From Bispira polyomma (taxonomy: Eukaryota): a DNA stretch of 64,000 nt. The stretch is taken from positions 14,508,001 to 14,572,000 of the forward strand of contig OZ287761.1 of assembly GCA_965649765.1 (NCBI GenBank). Reading direction: 5' to 3'. The notes under the pieces were generated by a model, which saw only the letters and a program-made list of their open reading frames with translations, was not told the DNA's origin and ran no database searches. Positions within the stretch are counted from its first letter, which is position 1, and every line of letters begins with the position of its first letter. The position numbers and the translations under genes were made by a program. Below, piece by piece: positions 11,801 to 25,374 of the stretch.

Positions 11801-14749
11801 TAAATATATTACTATCTTACTCGCAGGGGGCCTCAGTGGCCTAGCGGTTAGCAAGCATTGCGCTTCACAATCACCAGTCTCTTACCTCTGGGAGTGGCTG
11901 GCGTGGGTTCGACTCTCGTCGATGCCTATGTGGGAAAGGTGGTAGTTCCTTACTGTGGGCCGCTGGTTTCAGTGCAGAATCTTGATCAACTGTATGCAGT
12001 GTTTCCTATAACCTAAAAAAGGTACTAGAGTGGACGTTAAATATTCAAATTCAAAGATATATTACTCGCTTACTCGCGGTGGCTCCAATGTGCTATAACC
12101 AGATATCCTGTGTGACTATTACAGAGTGCTGGAGAGCCACTGGTTTGTCTGGGTCACTCAGTCCAACCACATTCCCATGGAGATTGACCAGGATAAAGAA
12201 CGGTCGTGGCTTCCACTACAGGTAAATAAACAACTTTATATATTGTGGGCCCCTGTGCATTCATAAAAGGTCTTACTCTTCACTTAGTCTGAAGTTTAAG
12301 GTTTTGGCCAAAAATGGTTAAGATTTTGGTCTGGGTCCCAGTAAGAAAAGATCCAGGGCCCGTATTCTCGAACGTATACTCAGCTTAAACTCATACTCAA
12401 CTCAAATATAGACCATGTGGAAATCAATGTACATGGAAATAACCTATACTTGTGACCATTCATTTTAATAGAGCTTTCAACACTGAATTCAAATATGAAG
12501 TCAGATTTTAGATAGGTTTACTGTATGCAGAGTTATAGAGAATCCAGATTTGAGTTGAGTATGAGTTTAAGCTGAGTATACGTTCGAGAATACCAGCCCT
12601 GGTGTAGTGTTAACTTGACAGTAATCTATCATAATTTATTAGATCTTTGACCCACAAAAGTAGCATCACTTTGCTATTATATGTTCTGGTAATGTAATGT
12701 TACTAATGACAGCTGAGAATAATGACTGCTTCATAAAAGGTATGTAATGCAGACATTTAAAAAAAATAATAATACTGTTGGGTAAATTAGTGAAGACCAG
12801 TCATACCCCACTTTGGCTGCAGCTCGATTTGTGTGGCAGTTACGAATGTCTTGTCTATTAACTAAAATTGCACCGATTTGACCCATATATGTAAGCAAAT
12901 TTTGCTGTACTTTGAATATAGTGAACTACTCTCAATTTTCTCACATATGTCAGTTTTGTTATTGTTTGATACTGAATGCTTCTTCCAACTTGTATAAACT
13001 TTCTGATATCCTCTGTGCATTTCCCTTTAGCTACATGCCACGTGTGATGTACAGCGAGGCGCCTTTGTCGACTGGTTTACTGGACATCTGAACTACCAGA
13101 TTGAACACCAGTAAGTAAAAAAACAACACAAAGATATCAATAAAGAGTGACATTTTAGACAGAGTAAAGAAACAGATACTGTATATTAATTGGAAATTTT
13201 AGCGGAACATCTTAGATACTGTATATTAATTGGAAATTTTAGCGGAACATCTTGGATAGTAAAGTAGTGGAATTATAGTGAAAATTACTACCCAGTAAAA
13301 ATGTATATGTATCCTTTGACGACCATGGCTGTTAGCTACCAGACGATAGACAAGTGTATCAAATATTATTGTATAGCGCCCCCGCCCCCCCCCACCCCCC
13401 CCCGCCCCCCCCATCCCGCCCCCATCAGCATACAGGAATATAATCCATTTGGTACACAGCATTTGACATAAAGAAAAAGAATATGTTTGTTTTCATTTGT
13501 GATGTGATCAGTTGTTGCAAAAAAGTCATCTGTGATGTCATCAGTTTGTTGCAAAAACATCATTTGTGATGTCATCGAAGTGTGTCGAAATATTTTCCGT
13601 CGGTGAAGAGTAATTACTCTCCATTGATGGGGAATTTTCACTTCCGCAGATTGATAATGTATTCAGGTTTGTTAATATAAAAGAAAACACTGAAAAAATA
13701 CAATTGTAGTGGGAAGAAAACTTAAGCCGCTTACTTATTTTTTTAGCCTGTTCCCGACCATGCCGCGCCACAACTTGTACAAGGTGGCACCACTGGTGGA
13801 GAGTTTGTGTAAGAAACACAACATCCCGTACAAGGTGAAAACCCTGTGGGCAGCATTCAGTGACATTGTTAGGTAAGCCCTAATTTCTCTCTCCCTCTGT
13901 GTGTGTGTGTGACCTACATGGTTTCAAAAATACAATTACAAACTAATATGCCCAAATTTAGCTGAAGATTCGTAGAACACAGCAAAAGGGTTTGTGGCTG
14001 TAAAATATAGCATTGAGTTAATACAGCATTTATCATTAAGAGCATATGGGTATCCTTTGTATTGTTGTATACTGTAGTATACTCATTAGTTAAAAAAGAA
14101 ACTGTGCTAGGGGGGGGGGGGGGCCTGATTATTGTAGAGAAAGTTTATGTTCAGATTATCCCTATGTTTTGGGTTTTTATGGAATACCGTATGCATTTTG
14201 GGCTTCACAAAAAAAAATGTCAGATTCCTTTCAAATGATTTGTTTGAGACTGTTTAAAAATTAGACAGTGGCCGAGAGTAGGCTGAACTTTGAGTTAATA
14301 ATAACCAAGGACAAAGGAACTGAACTTCATAAAATTGAAATCTTTGGATAACACTAGTTCGGATAATAGAGGTTTTACTGTGAAGTTATAGCGCCATTAT
14401 TATGGAACAGTCTCCCAGTTGACCTCAGATGATTAGATACACATAGAAAAAAACTTAAAACCTACCCTTTTAACCTTGCCTACCTACCGTAGTTCCCTCC
14501 TGTACACCCCCACATCCTTCCTTACGACCTTGCTATGTCCATGAACTACACGATTGGATCGCTGATTCTGCGGTTGTGCTTTAGAAGATGCCTAGCATCA
14601 ATAAAGTATGGTGAAAATGCACAATAATAATAATACTGTAAAAAGGAAAGTATTAAAACTTATGTTTTTGTTTTCTGACTATTTTCAGGTCACTAAAGTC
14701 GTCGGGAGAAGTTTGGACCCACTACAAAGACGCTTACTCTGTGTCCTAG
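5852..14749 (+). CDS. fads: Front-end fatty acyl desaturase (FADS1/FADS2-like, delta5/delta6 family), 3' 10 coding exons; 5' exons (cytochrome b5 domain) not found, presumably upstream of the window
   Basis: Exons with AG/GT boundaries and consistent phase: 5852-5953 ([16 protein letters not shown], His box 1), 7224-7283 ([20 protein letters not shown], box 2), 7841-7906 ([16 protein letters not shown]), 9015-9072 ([11 protein letters not shown]), 9866-9942 ([11 protein letters not shown]), 11099-11196, 12125-12221 ([16 protein letters not shown]), 13031-13110 ([13 protein letters not shown], box 3), 13747-13872 ([11 protein letters not shown]), 14689-14749 ([14 protein letters not shown]). 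Exon sizes 102/77/98/97/80/126 match vertebrate FADS exons. Confidence 0.96.
7480..7764 (+). mobile_element. L2-type LINE 3'-end fragment; related copies at ~14389-14635 (+) and ~46265-46530 (-)
   Basis: Shared TTTAGAAGATGC..ATCAATAAAG..ATGCACAATAATAAT 3' end with a (TAA)n tail. Confidence 0.6.
8012..8315 (-). mobile_element. tRNA-derived SINE (family B)
   Basis: Head GGTCTCTGTGGCCTAGCGGTTAGAG, B box GGTTCGACTC, central CTCTCCACCCAGG; homologous to 24593-25000 and 52928-53185. Confidence 0.8.
9950..10345 (+). mobile_element. L2-type LINE 3' fragment in a desaturase intron
   Basis: [37 protein letters not shown], then GCACCTTGAGC..AAGGCGCTATATAAA, an L2-like 3' end. Confidence 0.75.
11826..12055 (+). 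mobile_element. tRNA-derived SINE (family A), full length with TSD; related copies ~70-225, 9160-9340, 9470-9680, 16064-16320, 30330-30480 (+) and 30675-30777, 39930-40085, 51300-51510 (-)
   Basis: A box TGGCCTAGCGG, B box GGTTCGACTC, tail CAAATTCAAA; near-perfect 21-bp TSD ATATATTACT(AT/CG)CTTACTCGC at 11804-11824 and 12057-12077. Confidence 0.8.
12357..12598. mobile_element. MITE with ~50-bp near-perfect TIRs (PIF/Harbinger-like)
   Basis: GGCCCGTATTCTCGAACGTATACTCAGCTTAAACTCATACTCAACTCAAAT and its reverse complement, flanked by CAG / CTG. Confidence 0.8.
13174..13253. repeat. Perfect 40-bp tandem duplication
   Basis: AGATACTGTATATTAATTGGAAATTTTAGCGGAACATCTT twice. Confidence 0.9.
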
Positions 14750-17700
14750 TTTTCTAGCAATACAATTGGCCAGGCGTCATGTGTGTATGTTGTCTCTCAC
14801 CCAAGGATTGGCTGATTTGTATTTGAATTAATGATATATGATTGGCTAATGCTATGAGAGGAGGGGGGTGATTATAAAAGTGGAAAACAACAAAAAATGC
14901 TTGGCCAGATTATACGTATCACTCATTAATAATGTAAACTTTACCAAATTGCATCTGTACTTTATTTAGGTGGTGTATTATTTTTTTGTGGCTTTATATG
15001 TGAGTTAAACCTGCTTTTCTTTCAAGTGTTAAAAAACCCTTATGTTTGTGTAATCTTTTGTTGTGTGAGTAGGGTAGAAATTCTGCGAGTGGAGAAAGCT
15101 TTTGCCGGGAATTAATGTTTTTAGATTTACTATATCTAACGAGCTTGGATAAGTGAAATGAAGTCCTTGCTGAAATATTAAATATTAAAATAAACTGTTG
15201 AGAAAATAAAATGTCAAGTAGTGAATATGAAAATTCCACTAAAATTTGGAGAAAATTTTAAAAGGGTTTCTTAACCTTTTGATTTACCAGTTGTTGGTTT
15301 ATAAAACCAACTATAAACCATCCGACGTTCGTCAACCACTTCTTGGTTTATAAAAACTTGACTAGATAACCTGGTTATTAAGTGGTTTGTTAGAAATATC
15401 TGAAAAAGATATCGATCAAAACATTGAGACAAAGTTTGTAGATTCCTTAATATGTTGGGAGTTTATATAGTCACGAATTTGTTATATTCTTTAATATATT
15501 GAAAGTTTATAAAAGACTGTGCTAGGCATATCACCTAAAAGTAGAAAAATTTAATTTAAAAATATTTCAAATCTTGCTTATATATATATTGATGCAAAGT
15601 TTCTCTGTTTGTTTTGAAATCAAGTAACTGATATTAAAAAGCATTCCTAATAGGTAGTTATTAGAATCAAGAAACCCACCCACAAGTGGTTTAATAAGCT
15701 TTTTTTTTTCAAAGTTGTTTAAATTTAAATTTCCAACTGAAATATATTCATTAAGACAATATTTTAGCACCATACACAGGAGGACATTTTTTTTAAAAAA
15801 CGACACACTAAACAAATTGCTGGAAAAACAAACTCTAGTGCTATATTTCTAGTTATAAGTTATTTATGTCGCATTAACAGTAAATAACGTAAATTATAAA
15901 GCTAACTTTGTAACAGCTTGTTAATAATTTTGAGTTAACACATGTGAAATTTTATTTCTATAGAATGTAATATATATATATGTAATTTAAATTGCTATAA
16001 CATGTACTTTTTCTGTACCAAACAAGCCCTTGGTAAGAATGTAAGGAAGTACAGCTTGGATTAGGGGGCCCTCGGTGGCCCTGGTGGTACAAAGCATCTG
16101 CTATAAATATCACTGGCCTCTCTCATGTCTGGGGATCGAATCCATCCACAGATTCCTTCTTCATGTGCGAGAAAGTTGGTCGTAAGGACTTTGCCGTAGG
16201 GTCGTTCATTTTCACAGTGGCTTCAGCACTTGTTTCCCCCACCACTAATCCTAGCCCGTATGACTATATGACCAATGCTGTTGAAAGCGATGTGCATAAA
16301 AAAAATAAAAATCAATAAATTTCAATTGGGGCCGATCGTGTTGTGAAAGCTTAGCTCAACCTAGCAGTTGTATACAGCAGTACGTGAAATTGAGAGGTAT
16401 TTTTATAAAATTTCTTGGGAAAATGTATTCCCTTAGCGATGTCCTAGCTGTATTAATTGTTTGAAAATATTTAAACCTTTTATTATTCGCATATATATAA
16501 TTCCAGTTAACGTGATCGCTTTTAGCTTTAAAATTGCATATATATATTTCAATTCACATGATGGCTTGTAACTTAAAACAGTTTTAAAAATGTTTTTCAA
16601 TAATTGTTTATGAAATGTTTTGGAAAGTGAAAACCGCATGTAGTCGGTCAGGAAAAAGTAATGTCAGTTGGAGAAAATGCAATCGGTGGCCCGCATATGT
16701 AGTATGTAACAAGTGAAATTAAACTACAAAATGTATTGTGACAAAAGATTGGAATAGATTGCTTTTGATCAAAAATATTCTGTTGGTTTTACATTATATC
16801 CGAATATTCGATTTTGGACTAATAAAGTCAAGTCTAGTTGTTGTGGTTACTTAAGAAATTTTTTAAAGGATAGGTTAGGGTCCATGTTGGTGTTCACTCT
16901 TTGAAAATAGAGTACCAGTTGGCTCGGTCCTATTTATTACAGAAATTACATATGTACTCGTGATTATTATTTGGTTTTCAACGCTTTGTTTATGACTTTT
17001 GTGAAAAGCAATGTATTATTGTTTTAAGAGATGATATTGGTATGTTTAACAATATTATACAATGTGCTTATTATTTTTATGGTACGATTTTTGACCAATC
17101 CAAATCGTGGAGGCAAAACTGAGGTATTTCTTCAATAGCTTTGGCCTGAGGTAAGATCCGTTTAGTAGAAACTCTTTTATCTGAAATTCTATTATGCCAA
17201 TATATTTAGTCTTACTATGTCAAATTTATATAATTTGTCAAATTTATATCATTTCCCTATTACTTTACAACTAAATGATTTCTATGTTATAGACATTTCT
17301 TCTATAATTCTAAACTGAAAATTTCTCGCTCCCTCAAGACGTTCGGATAAAAGCAGTTATACTCTATTGAATTAACCTTGTATGTGTAAATTATTTGATT
17401 GTTATTGAAGTTTTAGAAGTTTTGAATGGTCAATGTATATATTGAAAAGAATTCAAAGTTTTCCATGTTCGCATGAAATATTGTTTACTTATTATGTTAC
17501 ATGTGTGTAATTTTTTCTGTTATAACTAGAGCGTTGTTTATTTTTAGTTTTAATATTTTCTTTTTGGAATGCATTATGATGTGAGTATAGTATTTTATAT
17601 ATAAATATATGTGTGAATTTCTAGGTTAAATAAAAACTGTAAATAACGATTGTCTTTATCATTTAAAGTACATTTTTTATAGAGAGAGTAGGGAATCTAT

Positions 17701-20700
17701 AATTAGCCCACTGTATCTGAAATTCACAACCCTACTTTAAATTTGGGCCAAATAAAAACTAGGCTGAAAAATAACTGGAATTTATGGTAAGTAAGGCACA
17801 AAAATAGTCGTACAAAAATCTCAATTTTAGCAAAATAACCACAATTCTACCCCCAAAAAAAACAAACATTTTCTAGGTGACAAATTTCAGAGACCGTGGC
17901 AAATTTGCGAATTCTTACTCTTAACATGACATCGTGTTGATTTAACTTAAAAGAGTGTTCAATTTTATGGAACTTATTAAAAGGGTGTGTAATATGTGTA
18001 TGTTGTCGTTGAATTTATTATGATTTTTGTACCTGAGGTTGTAACATCCGGTGATGGTTGCTGCAGTTTTATGTGACTTTATGTTTACTGATGTAAGAGC
18101 CCAAAATTCCCAGCAATTTTCAAATTAGCTGCATTCTTCTGCATTTATTTTTGGTTTTCACTATAAATAAAATCTTGTCAAAGATGTAAACAAATTTGTC
18201 ACCAGTTTGCTATTTAACCGTTACAGTCCTACCAAATATATTTAAATGAATCTGTACACATGGTACATTATTAAACAATAGACCCTTTTTTATCAGGCGA
18301 AGCTGTTTTTTATGAAGGGACGAAACCATCTTTGAAAAGGGCGCCGCCATCTTAGAAATAATATGCAAGGCAAAAAAACCTGTCGTAGCTGCATTAATTC
18401 TGACTGCTAGTCGCCATTAATTATTTGTATCTGCTCCCAATTGTCATCAAAAGTTTCAAATGACTCCTAGTTGTACTGTTAAGCCATTAACCTCGTCGTT
18501 AAATTAAGATTGAATCCCATTTGCAGTAGTACAGTGAAGCCACTGTTGGGAGAGAGCAGGATTTTCTTTGGGTAATAGAATGTTCATAAAACTAGAAGAG
18601 ACCTTTTAGTATAAATCAATATATAGGAATATAAAAATTTTGGAGAGTGAAACTGCGTTCAATAAAAAGGAACAGTTGGATAATAGAAGTTTCGATAACA
18701 AAGGTTTGGATAATAGAAGTTTGGATAATAGAAGTTTGGATAATAGAGGTTATGCTGTAGCTAATAGACAAACTCTATTCAGGGTTGTTTCATTTTGAGT
18801 GCGAGAATGAAAATTCTAGAGTTTGTTGGTCAGATATGATTTTGTTTTGTTCTCGCCTTCTGTCAATTTATTGTAGGCATTACTTGACTTATAAGTTTAA
18901 TGTGATGACTTGATTGATAGTTGACTGTGAATATGTTATGTAGTGTTTATTTTTTTAAATCCTCAAAATTTGTGAAAATTGTTTTGGAAGCATTTATTTA
19001 TTTTTTTAAATCTCATCAAAGTTGCAAGTTATCTTTTTTTTTGAAAGATCTATATATATATTTTAATAGATATGTAACATTAAATTATTAAAAGGGTGTG
19101 TAATATGTATGTAATATTATTTTTGTGTCAATAAGTTACATACACACATAGATAGAGGTTTTCATGTTTTTCATTCTATGATTTTCTTTTCCTATCCTCC
19201 CCCTCAAATAAAAATAATAAAACAGCTGTTTGTAAAATTGGTTGTAGTCCTTCTAAGCAATAAGGCCGTTGTAAGATTGTCTCGCTCATATGCCTTTTTG
19301 TATTTGAATTAAATCTAAATACTTATTGTTGTATAAGGGATATATGCTTATTATTGTATGTGTTAATGGGGTTTTTTTTGCGGTTGTAAACATATTTGTA
19401 CAGCACTGCTATCAAAAGGCTTCAAATTTTGGACATATACTGCTAACAAACTACAGTAGAACAATTTTATTATCTAAAACATGTTGGTGGCAGAGCCAAA
19501 TATGTTGTTCTGATAATATGAACAAGAAGGGTTCATAAAATAGAAGTAAGCATTTCTGTATATAAAAAAAAAACCCAAATAGGAGTTTTGGTAAAAAAAC
19601 AAAACAAATTGTGGACAGTGTGAAAGTGTATTCATTTAATGCAATATAGTTAAACCCCTTCAAGTATAATTCTTGACAAGTAGAATTACCTCTTAAGTAG
19701 AAAGTTTATTTAAGGTCCCATTGCTATATTTTTAATTGAAATTTATCCTCTTTAGTAGAAAAAAAAATTCGACGTAACATGGTTTACACTGTATTTAGAT
19801 AACAGAAGTTGTTGATTAATAGGAGGTTCTACTGTATTTATTGTTCATCGTCATCCAAAAAAAAAGTTTTATCCATCGCCAAACGCAGCGTTCCATCAGA
19901 GTAGTATTACAGTAATAGGTTGTCGACTTGGTTGTGTTATTTATAAAAGGGACCAACAAATCGATTTGATCAGTCGAGTGTAACTGACTATTACATGGCT
20001 TAAACACCCCGCTTGTCTTTTGTTAAAATCTCCTGTGCTAGAAGAATCTGTACATATGGTACATTGATATAACCATTGTTAGTGATTGATATATGTTGTG
20101 TTATCTGATTGGTTTAAAGCCATGAACATGACCTTTATAATGAAACATGACATTGAAGGGTTAGGCGGTGTAATATCAAATATGATATCCAACGGGGTCT
20201 TAGTATGCTTCCGTTATGAGAGAAAAAAAAGTTTTCATTTTAGATATTCTTTTGGCAGATGAAAATTTATTTTAAATTGATGTATTTTTTAAATTGATCC
20301 GAGTCTTTGCGTTGGTCTAATACTAAAGCCATATATTTTTTAAAAGCAATTATTTAAACTTTAAAGGTACAATTCGCAGTTTGTTTAGTTCGCATCGTGC
20401 AATATTGGTTTTCCTCGAGCCACTAAAACATATTGCGCCTTTAAAAGATGTACTAGTTCTTAAAAGGGTTTCTCTCTGGAGAATATTGATCTTCATACTA
20501 CAGCCAATCAGATTGTTACAGTTTTAGAAGAGCCAAAAGAAATGACTTGTTACATATAAACTTTAAGATGAATAATGTTTGAATACTTGTAGCTATTCTT
20601 ATTGTGACTGTGATTGTTCATAATTTTTTAATAATTGGGTTGTCTGTTCTATTGTATGTTTATTTTTTTAGCTTAGCTGTATAACCAAATGTGTATTCAT

Positions 20701-20905
20701 AGAGTAAGGAATCTAAAATTCGCCACTGTATTTAAGCCAAGTCAACAAAAAATGGTGAAAAATAACTAGAATTTAGACCAGTAAGGCAAAATAGTCACAA
20801 AAAAATCTTAATTTCAGCAAATATTACCCACAATTCTACCAAAAACACAACGCTTTCTAGGTGGCGAATTTCACATACAGTGGCAAATTTTAGATTTCTT
20901 ACTCT
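20701..20905. mobile_element. MITE; second copy at ~17685-17921
   Basis: TIR AGAGTAAGGAATCTAAAATTCGCCACTGTA / TACAGTGGCAAATTTTAGATTTCTTACTCT; the two copies share internal sequence. Confidence 0.75.
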
Positions 20906-21419
20906 TAACTGCAGAAGTGAAAATTTTCACTGATAAAATTTCTATTAGTTTTAGCTATTTTTTTTTCATTATGAACTTGAATAGCATTGATTCCCCCACA
21001 ATTTATTAAAAATTACTTTTTGTTCTCAAGGCCTCCCAAAGAAAAAATTAGTCCTAGTATAAATAAATTTCTATAAATATTTTCGCAGAAATTTTTAACA
21101 AAATAAATAAGTGAATTTTTTTCTTATGGCCTAAACTTTACCACTGCTACGTCTATATCAATGGGGTGTGTGATATTTATTTATTTTTCTATTTTTATTT
21201 CACACTGTGCAAAGAAGCAAAACTGGCAGCGTTTCTGTGTACATTCTATGTAAGTGAACACCGGTGAATTATGTGAAGTTTACAACTCTCATTAATTTCT
21301 TTTATTTAAGATCTGTGGAGATAAGAACAATAGAAGAAATAAAGAATCGTGTTTGTTTTGTGTGCAAAGACATTTTTGTGTGATGGGAATCAACAGCATA
21401 TTGCTTGTATATAGTACTT

Positions 21420-21742
21420 GTACTTAAATGATCTAATTTTCAATTAAACAGCAATGCTGTGTAGGTTTTGTTACTTTGATGTACTGAATTTTTGTATTTA
21501 TGTAAGTAAGGTTTATATTTTTAAACAATTTAAAAAAGATGCTTCGTAGATTTTGTTACTTTGTTGTATGAACTGAAATGATCCAATTTTGTTTTGTGTT
21601 TATTGTTGTATGTACCTTAAATGATGTAATTTTTTTTTTTTTGTATTTACGTCAGTAACGTTTATGTCTATAAAACAATTTGAAAGCAATGCTTCTTCGT
21701 AGGTTTTGTTACTTCGTTGTACTTAAATGATGATCTAATTTC
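21420..21742. repeat. Degenerate tandem repeat (3-4 units)
   Basis: Recurring GTACTTAAATGAT..AATTT and GTAGGTTTTGTTACTT motifs. Confidence 0.6.
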
Positions 21743-24592
21743 TAACCAAAAAAAAACATATTTGTGCTGAGTTCAGTATTTGATACAGGAAGTAGTGATA
21801 TAAAAATGTATTTGATATCGATATCCTATTTAAGTAATTTGGTGTAGGGTGTTGTAAATCTTACTTATTAGAGATGAGTTTAAAGTAGACCTATATGTGT
21901 ATAAAAATCTCGTATTTTTAAACCGTAATAGTTAGTAAGATGTCTTTGTTTTATTCATTTAATTTTGATCAGATATATACTGTTGTAGTTTATATACAGG
22001 TTTTCTTTCATTGATATTTTGCAAAAGGTTGTCGGCCAAATGTGTGTGTGAAACACCATTAGCTTACCATGTCCCATGACAGTATTTCATTCTTATATTA
22101 TTTATATTATAGATTGAACAAAAAAAAAGTATGCATTATTGACCTGCTAAGCTTCATCACATGGAGAAAAGAAAACTTAGTGTTGTGCTGGTCAAAATTT
22201 GACAGAAATGACCACTAATTAGCAGTTCTGAAATTGTATTTTAAAAATATTTTCGTTGAGAACATGATTGATAAGAAGTTCTGTTTATAAAAATTTACTT
22301 ATTGCACTTGTTTTTTATTTGTCATTCTAAAGTTTTAAAATCTGAAAATTTTTATATATTTTTTAAAATTAGGTTGTAAGAGGTCAGTCGTTATATAAAC
22401 CAGTCGTTGTACAGTTAAACCCCTTTGAGTAGAACTCTGATAAATTGATTTCTTTTTTATGTGGGGACAAATATTCGTAGTCCTACAAAGGCCTTTTAAA
22501 TCTAATCTGTTTAGTTGAAATCCTGCTTAAAAGTAGAGGCATTTGTCTGGGACCCTTGAGGTGCCATTCAATAAGGGTTTAACTGTATTCTGAATAAGTC
22601 TCTGGTTTAAATCTGACACTTGTACATAAAGACCACCCATAAAGCGAACCCTGAAAAGTGGTCTGTATTCACATTCATTGTATCGAGGTTGCAAATTTAT
22701 TAAACATTTAGTCTTGGGAATATGAAACTGTGGTCTTTATTACAGAGGTGGTCTCTCTCTAGAGGTTGTGGTCTCTCTACCAGGTATCACTAGTAATATG
22801 ATGGTTACCACTTTTGCAGTCTTATTGAAAAAAAAAAGGTGATGTAGACATCTTTTAATATCAACGCAGTTCAAAAAAATCATTTGTCAGAGAGCAAATC
22901 TCTCCCACCAAAACGTGTACATTTGCAATTCACTAGCATTTCTATATTTCAAAGTTTCAAACGTTTTGTACTGGCAGGTTCTTGTGCAAAGCATCCCTAA
23001 ATTGTGATGTTAAAATGGTGTTAAAATGGATTGTGGTACGTTGACTGCTTATATAGAAATAACCTGTACATGCAACCATTCCTTTAAGTAGAGCTTTCAA
23101 CGCTGAATTCAAATATGCTGTTAGAATTGTTACTCAAACTTGACTCTAGCCAACGAGAGAGAGATAGGGAGAGACCTCAGATTTTTGTGTCTTGAGTTAA
23201 GCTTGAGATTTTATGAAGAATACAGCTGTGTAACTTCCCATATTTTGTGAGAAATAATAGTTAAAGGGAATTGTGTAACTTCCCCCACATTTTGTGAGAA
23301 TTAATAGTAAACGGTAATTGTGTGTGTATACAAAATGTCTGTAGCTATTAAGAATGTTGTGATTACTGTATAATTATTAAGGTGTAACTTGTTTTTGCTC
23401 AGTATTAAATCGATTGTGCTTGGTAGAATGAAAAAATATGACATTCTCGTAAAAATTATTTATTTGAAAGATGGTTGTTTTTACGTAAAAAAAAAAAAAT
23501 TCACCTAAAATAAACTAAAAAGAAATTTAAATAGTTTGAAAGAAATTCTGTCAAAAATATAGTAGTCAGTAATGATAAGAAATCTCCTTGTGAACTCCTT
23601 ACAAATTGTAAAATTTTGTAGAATTTTAGTCGATGAAAATTTCCATTTGTACAGTATTTTCTTCTTCTTTTTGTTTCAGTACTTCAAAAGTTGCATAAAT
23701 TGTAGCTACACAGGAAGCAATAAAGTGCAAAACAGCTGAATATATATGAAAAATATATATAAATATATCTATCTATACATATATATACAAAATGTAAATA
23801 GGCATTGCATTGGAAAAGACCTATTAGAAAGCTATTAAATGCTAATAATAAAAAAAAATTGTGGTAAAATACAAGAGAATTGTACCAGCTAACAAAATGT
23901 AGTCAAAAGTGACTGTAGGAGGTTGGTTTGCTATTACGACTGATTTCAGTCTGGTACCATTTTAGTAACTTTTGAAGGCATCGCCAAGTAAATGCAACTG
24001 ATTTTGTAAAAAAAAACTGGAGGAGAATTGAAGAAGTAAATCATTCATAAGCACAAAAAAAAAACCTTCCTAATAAAAATTGTAAAAGTTTTGACTTAGT
24101 TTTTATTTCACTGATACCTGTCTATTAAAAGTCTTGGGGCTGTATTCACAAACATTCTTAGATTGCAAGTCTTAGAATTTTTTTAGTCTTGCCCAATAAT
24201 ATTCTTTGAAGCAATGTTTTCAGCCAATCAAATTGCTTAACATATATAGGTTAAGAGTGAGAATCTTTGAAAATACCAACCCAGAAAGTGACAGTACAGT
24301 AGAACCTCTAATGTCCCAAAACATTTTATTCAGATCCTAGAAATATCTTAAAACCCAGTAAATGTTTTAGTACAAAACAGTAGGAAATTATAAATTTAAG
24401 CCAAATATCTTGACAAGTGGAATGTAATTTAATATCCAGATAACAGAAGTTTTGGATAATAGAGGTTCTACTGTGAGAAAGCAAACATAAGTTGTTGTGT
24501 GGTTGTTTTTTACAAACAGAATCTTGCAGAAATGCTCTCAATACCAAAGAAACAGTATATCAGTATATGTGCGCATTAATTGCGCATTGTGT

Positions 24593-25000
24593 GGTCTCTG
24601 TGTCCAAGTGGTTAGAGTGTTTCATTTTAGATCTTCCTTCTGTCTATCACCTATGTTTTTCGACTCTGGCTGTGGGTTTTTTTGCGCCTTAGAATTTATT
24701 ACAACGAAAATAAGCACTGAAAAAGTCTGATATATTATTATTATCTGAGGGTCCCTGTTCGATTCTCACTGCTGGCCTAGTAATTGTACCCTTGTACAGG
24801 GTACTTTACACAAAGTTGTCTCTACCCCAGGTGTAAAAATGAGTACCTGGTCGCTAATGGGTGTTAGTCTTTTTGTGCCGTATGTCGCAGCATGGCTGGT
24901 GTGCTTACTGAGTGAGTTAAGACTGAACAATTGGTTGACAAGTGGAAGAGCCCAGGCTGGGGTAATAATGTTAAATTCCATTGGATAACAGTGATGTTCA
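24593..25000 (+). mobile_element. tRNA-derived SINE (family B) interrupted by an L2 3'-end fragment (24635-24742)
   Basis: Aligns with the reverse complement of 8012-8315 except for a ~108-bp insert flanked by ATCT/ATCT. Confidence 0.75.
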
Positions 25001-25040
25001 TCAGTATATCAAAAGCTAATTATTAGTAATAACTTGAATT

Positions 25041-25374
25041 TCCCTTTAGCTCAACTGTTGAGCATCCGCCTTGTGAGCGACAGGTCGACGGATCAAAACC
25101 TGCCAGAGGTGTAACTTTCTTTCTAATATTACATGGTCGAGATGCTCCAAAGATCACCCCCTTCCCAGCGAACAGAGTTACATAGAGTCATGATGTAGTA
25201 GTAGTATAAGACCCTGATGACGGGTCATCCTGAGAAGCAGTACATGTGTATATAATATCAGTATATATGTGCGCATTAATAACTTTATTTTCCGGGGGTC
25301 TCCCTTTTAGACCAACTGTTAAGCGTCCCGCTTTGTTAGCGGCATGGTCCACAGATCGAAACCTGCCGGAGGTG
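25041..25374 (+). pseudogene. Two degenerate tRNA-Thr(TGT)-like sequences (25041-25111, 25298-25374)
   Basis: TTAGCTCAAC A-box-like motif, anticodon arm CCGC-CTTGTGA-GCG / CCGC-TTTGTTA-GCGG, GATCGAAACC B-box-like motif; stems imperfect. Confidence 0.5.

Larger units (their letters stand above)
10360..14388. repeat. Inverted repeat pair (10360-10561 and 14193-14388)
   Basis: ~200-bp reverse-complement match, including the perfect stretch TTATTAACTCAAAGTTCAGCCTACTCTCGGCCACTGTCTAATTTTT. Confidence 0.9.

Noticed and set aside
13226-13462. Gly- or Pro-rich ORFs (also 31218-31433, 61366-61665)
   Set aside because: Artefacts of poly-C/poly-G tracts.
25041-25374. Functional tRNA-Thr genes
   Set aside because: Acceptor and T stems are imperfect and the B box is degenerate; kept only as pseudogene-like.
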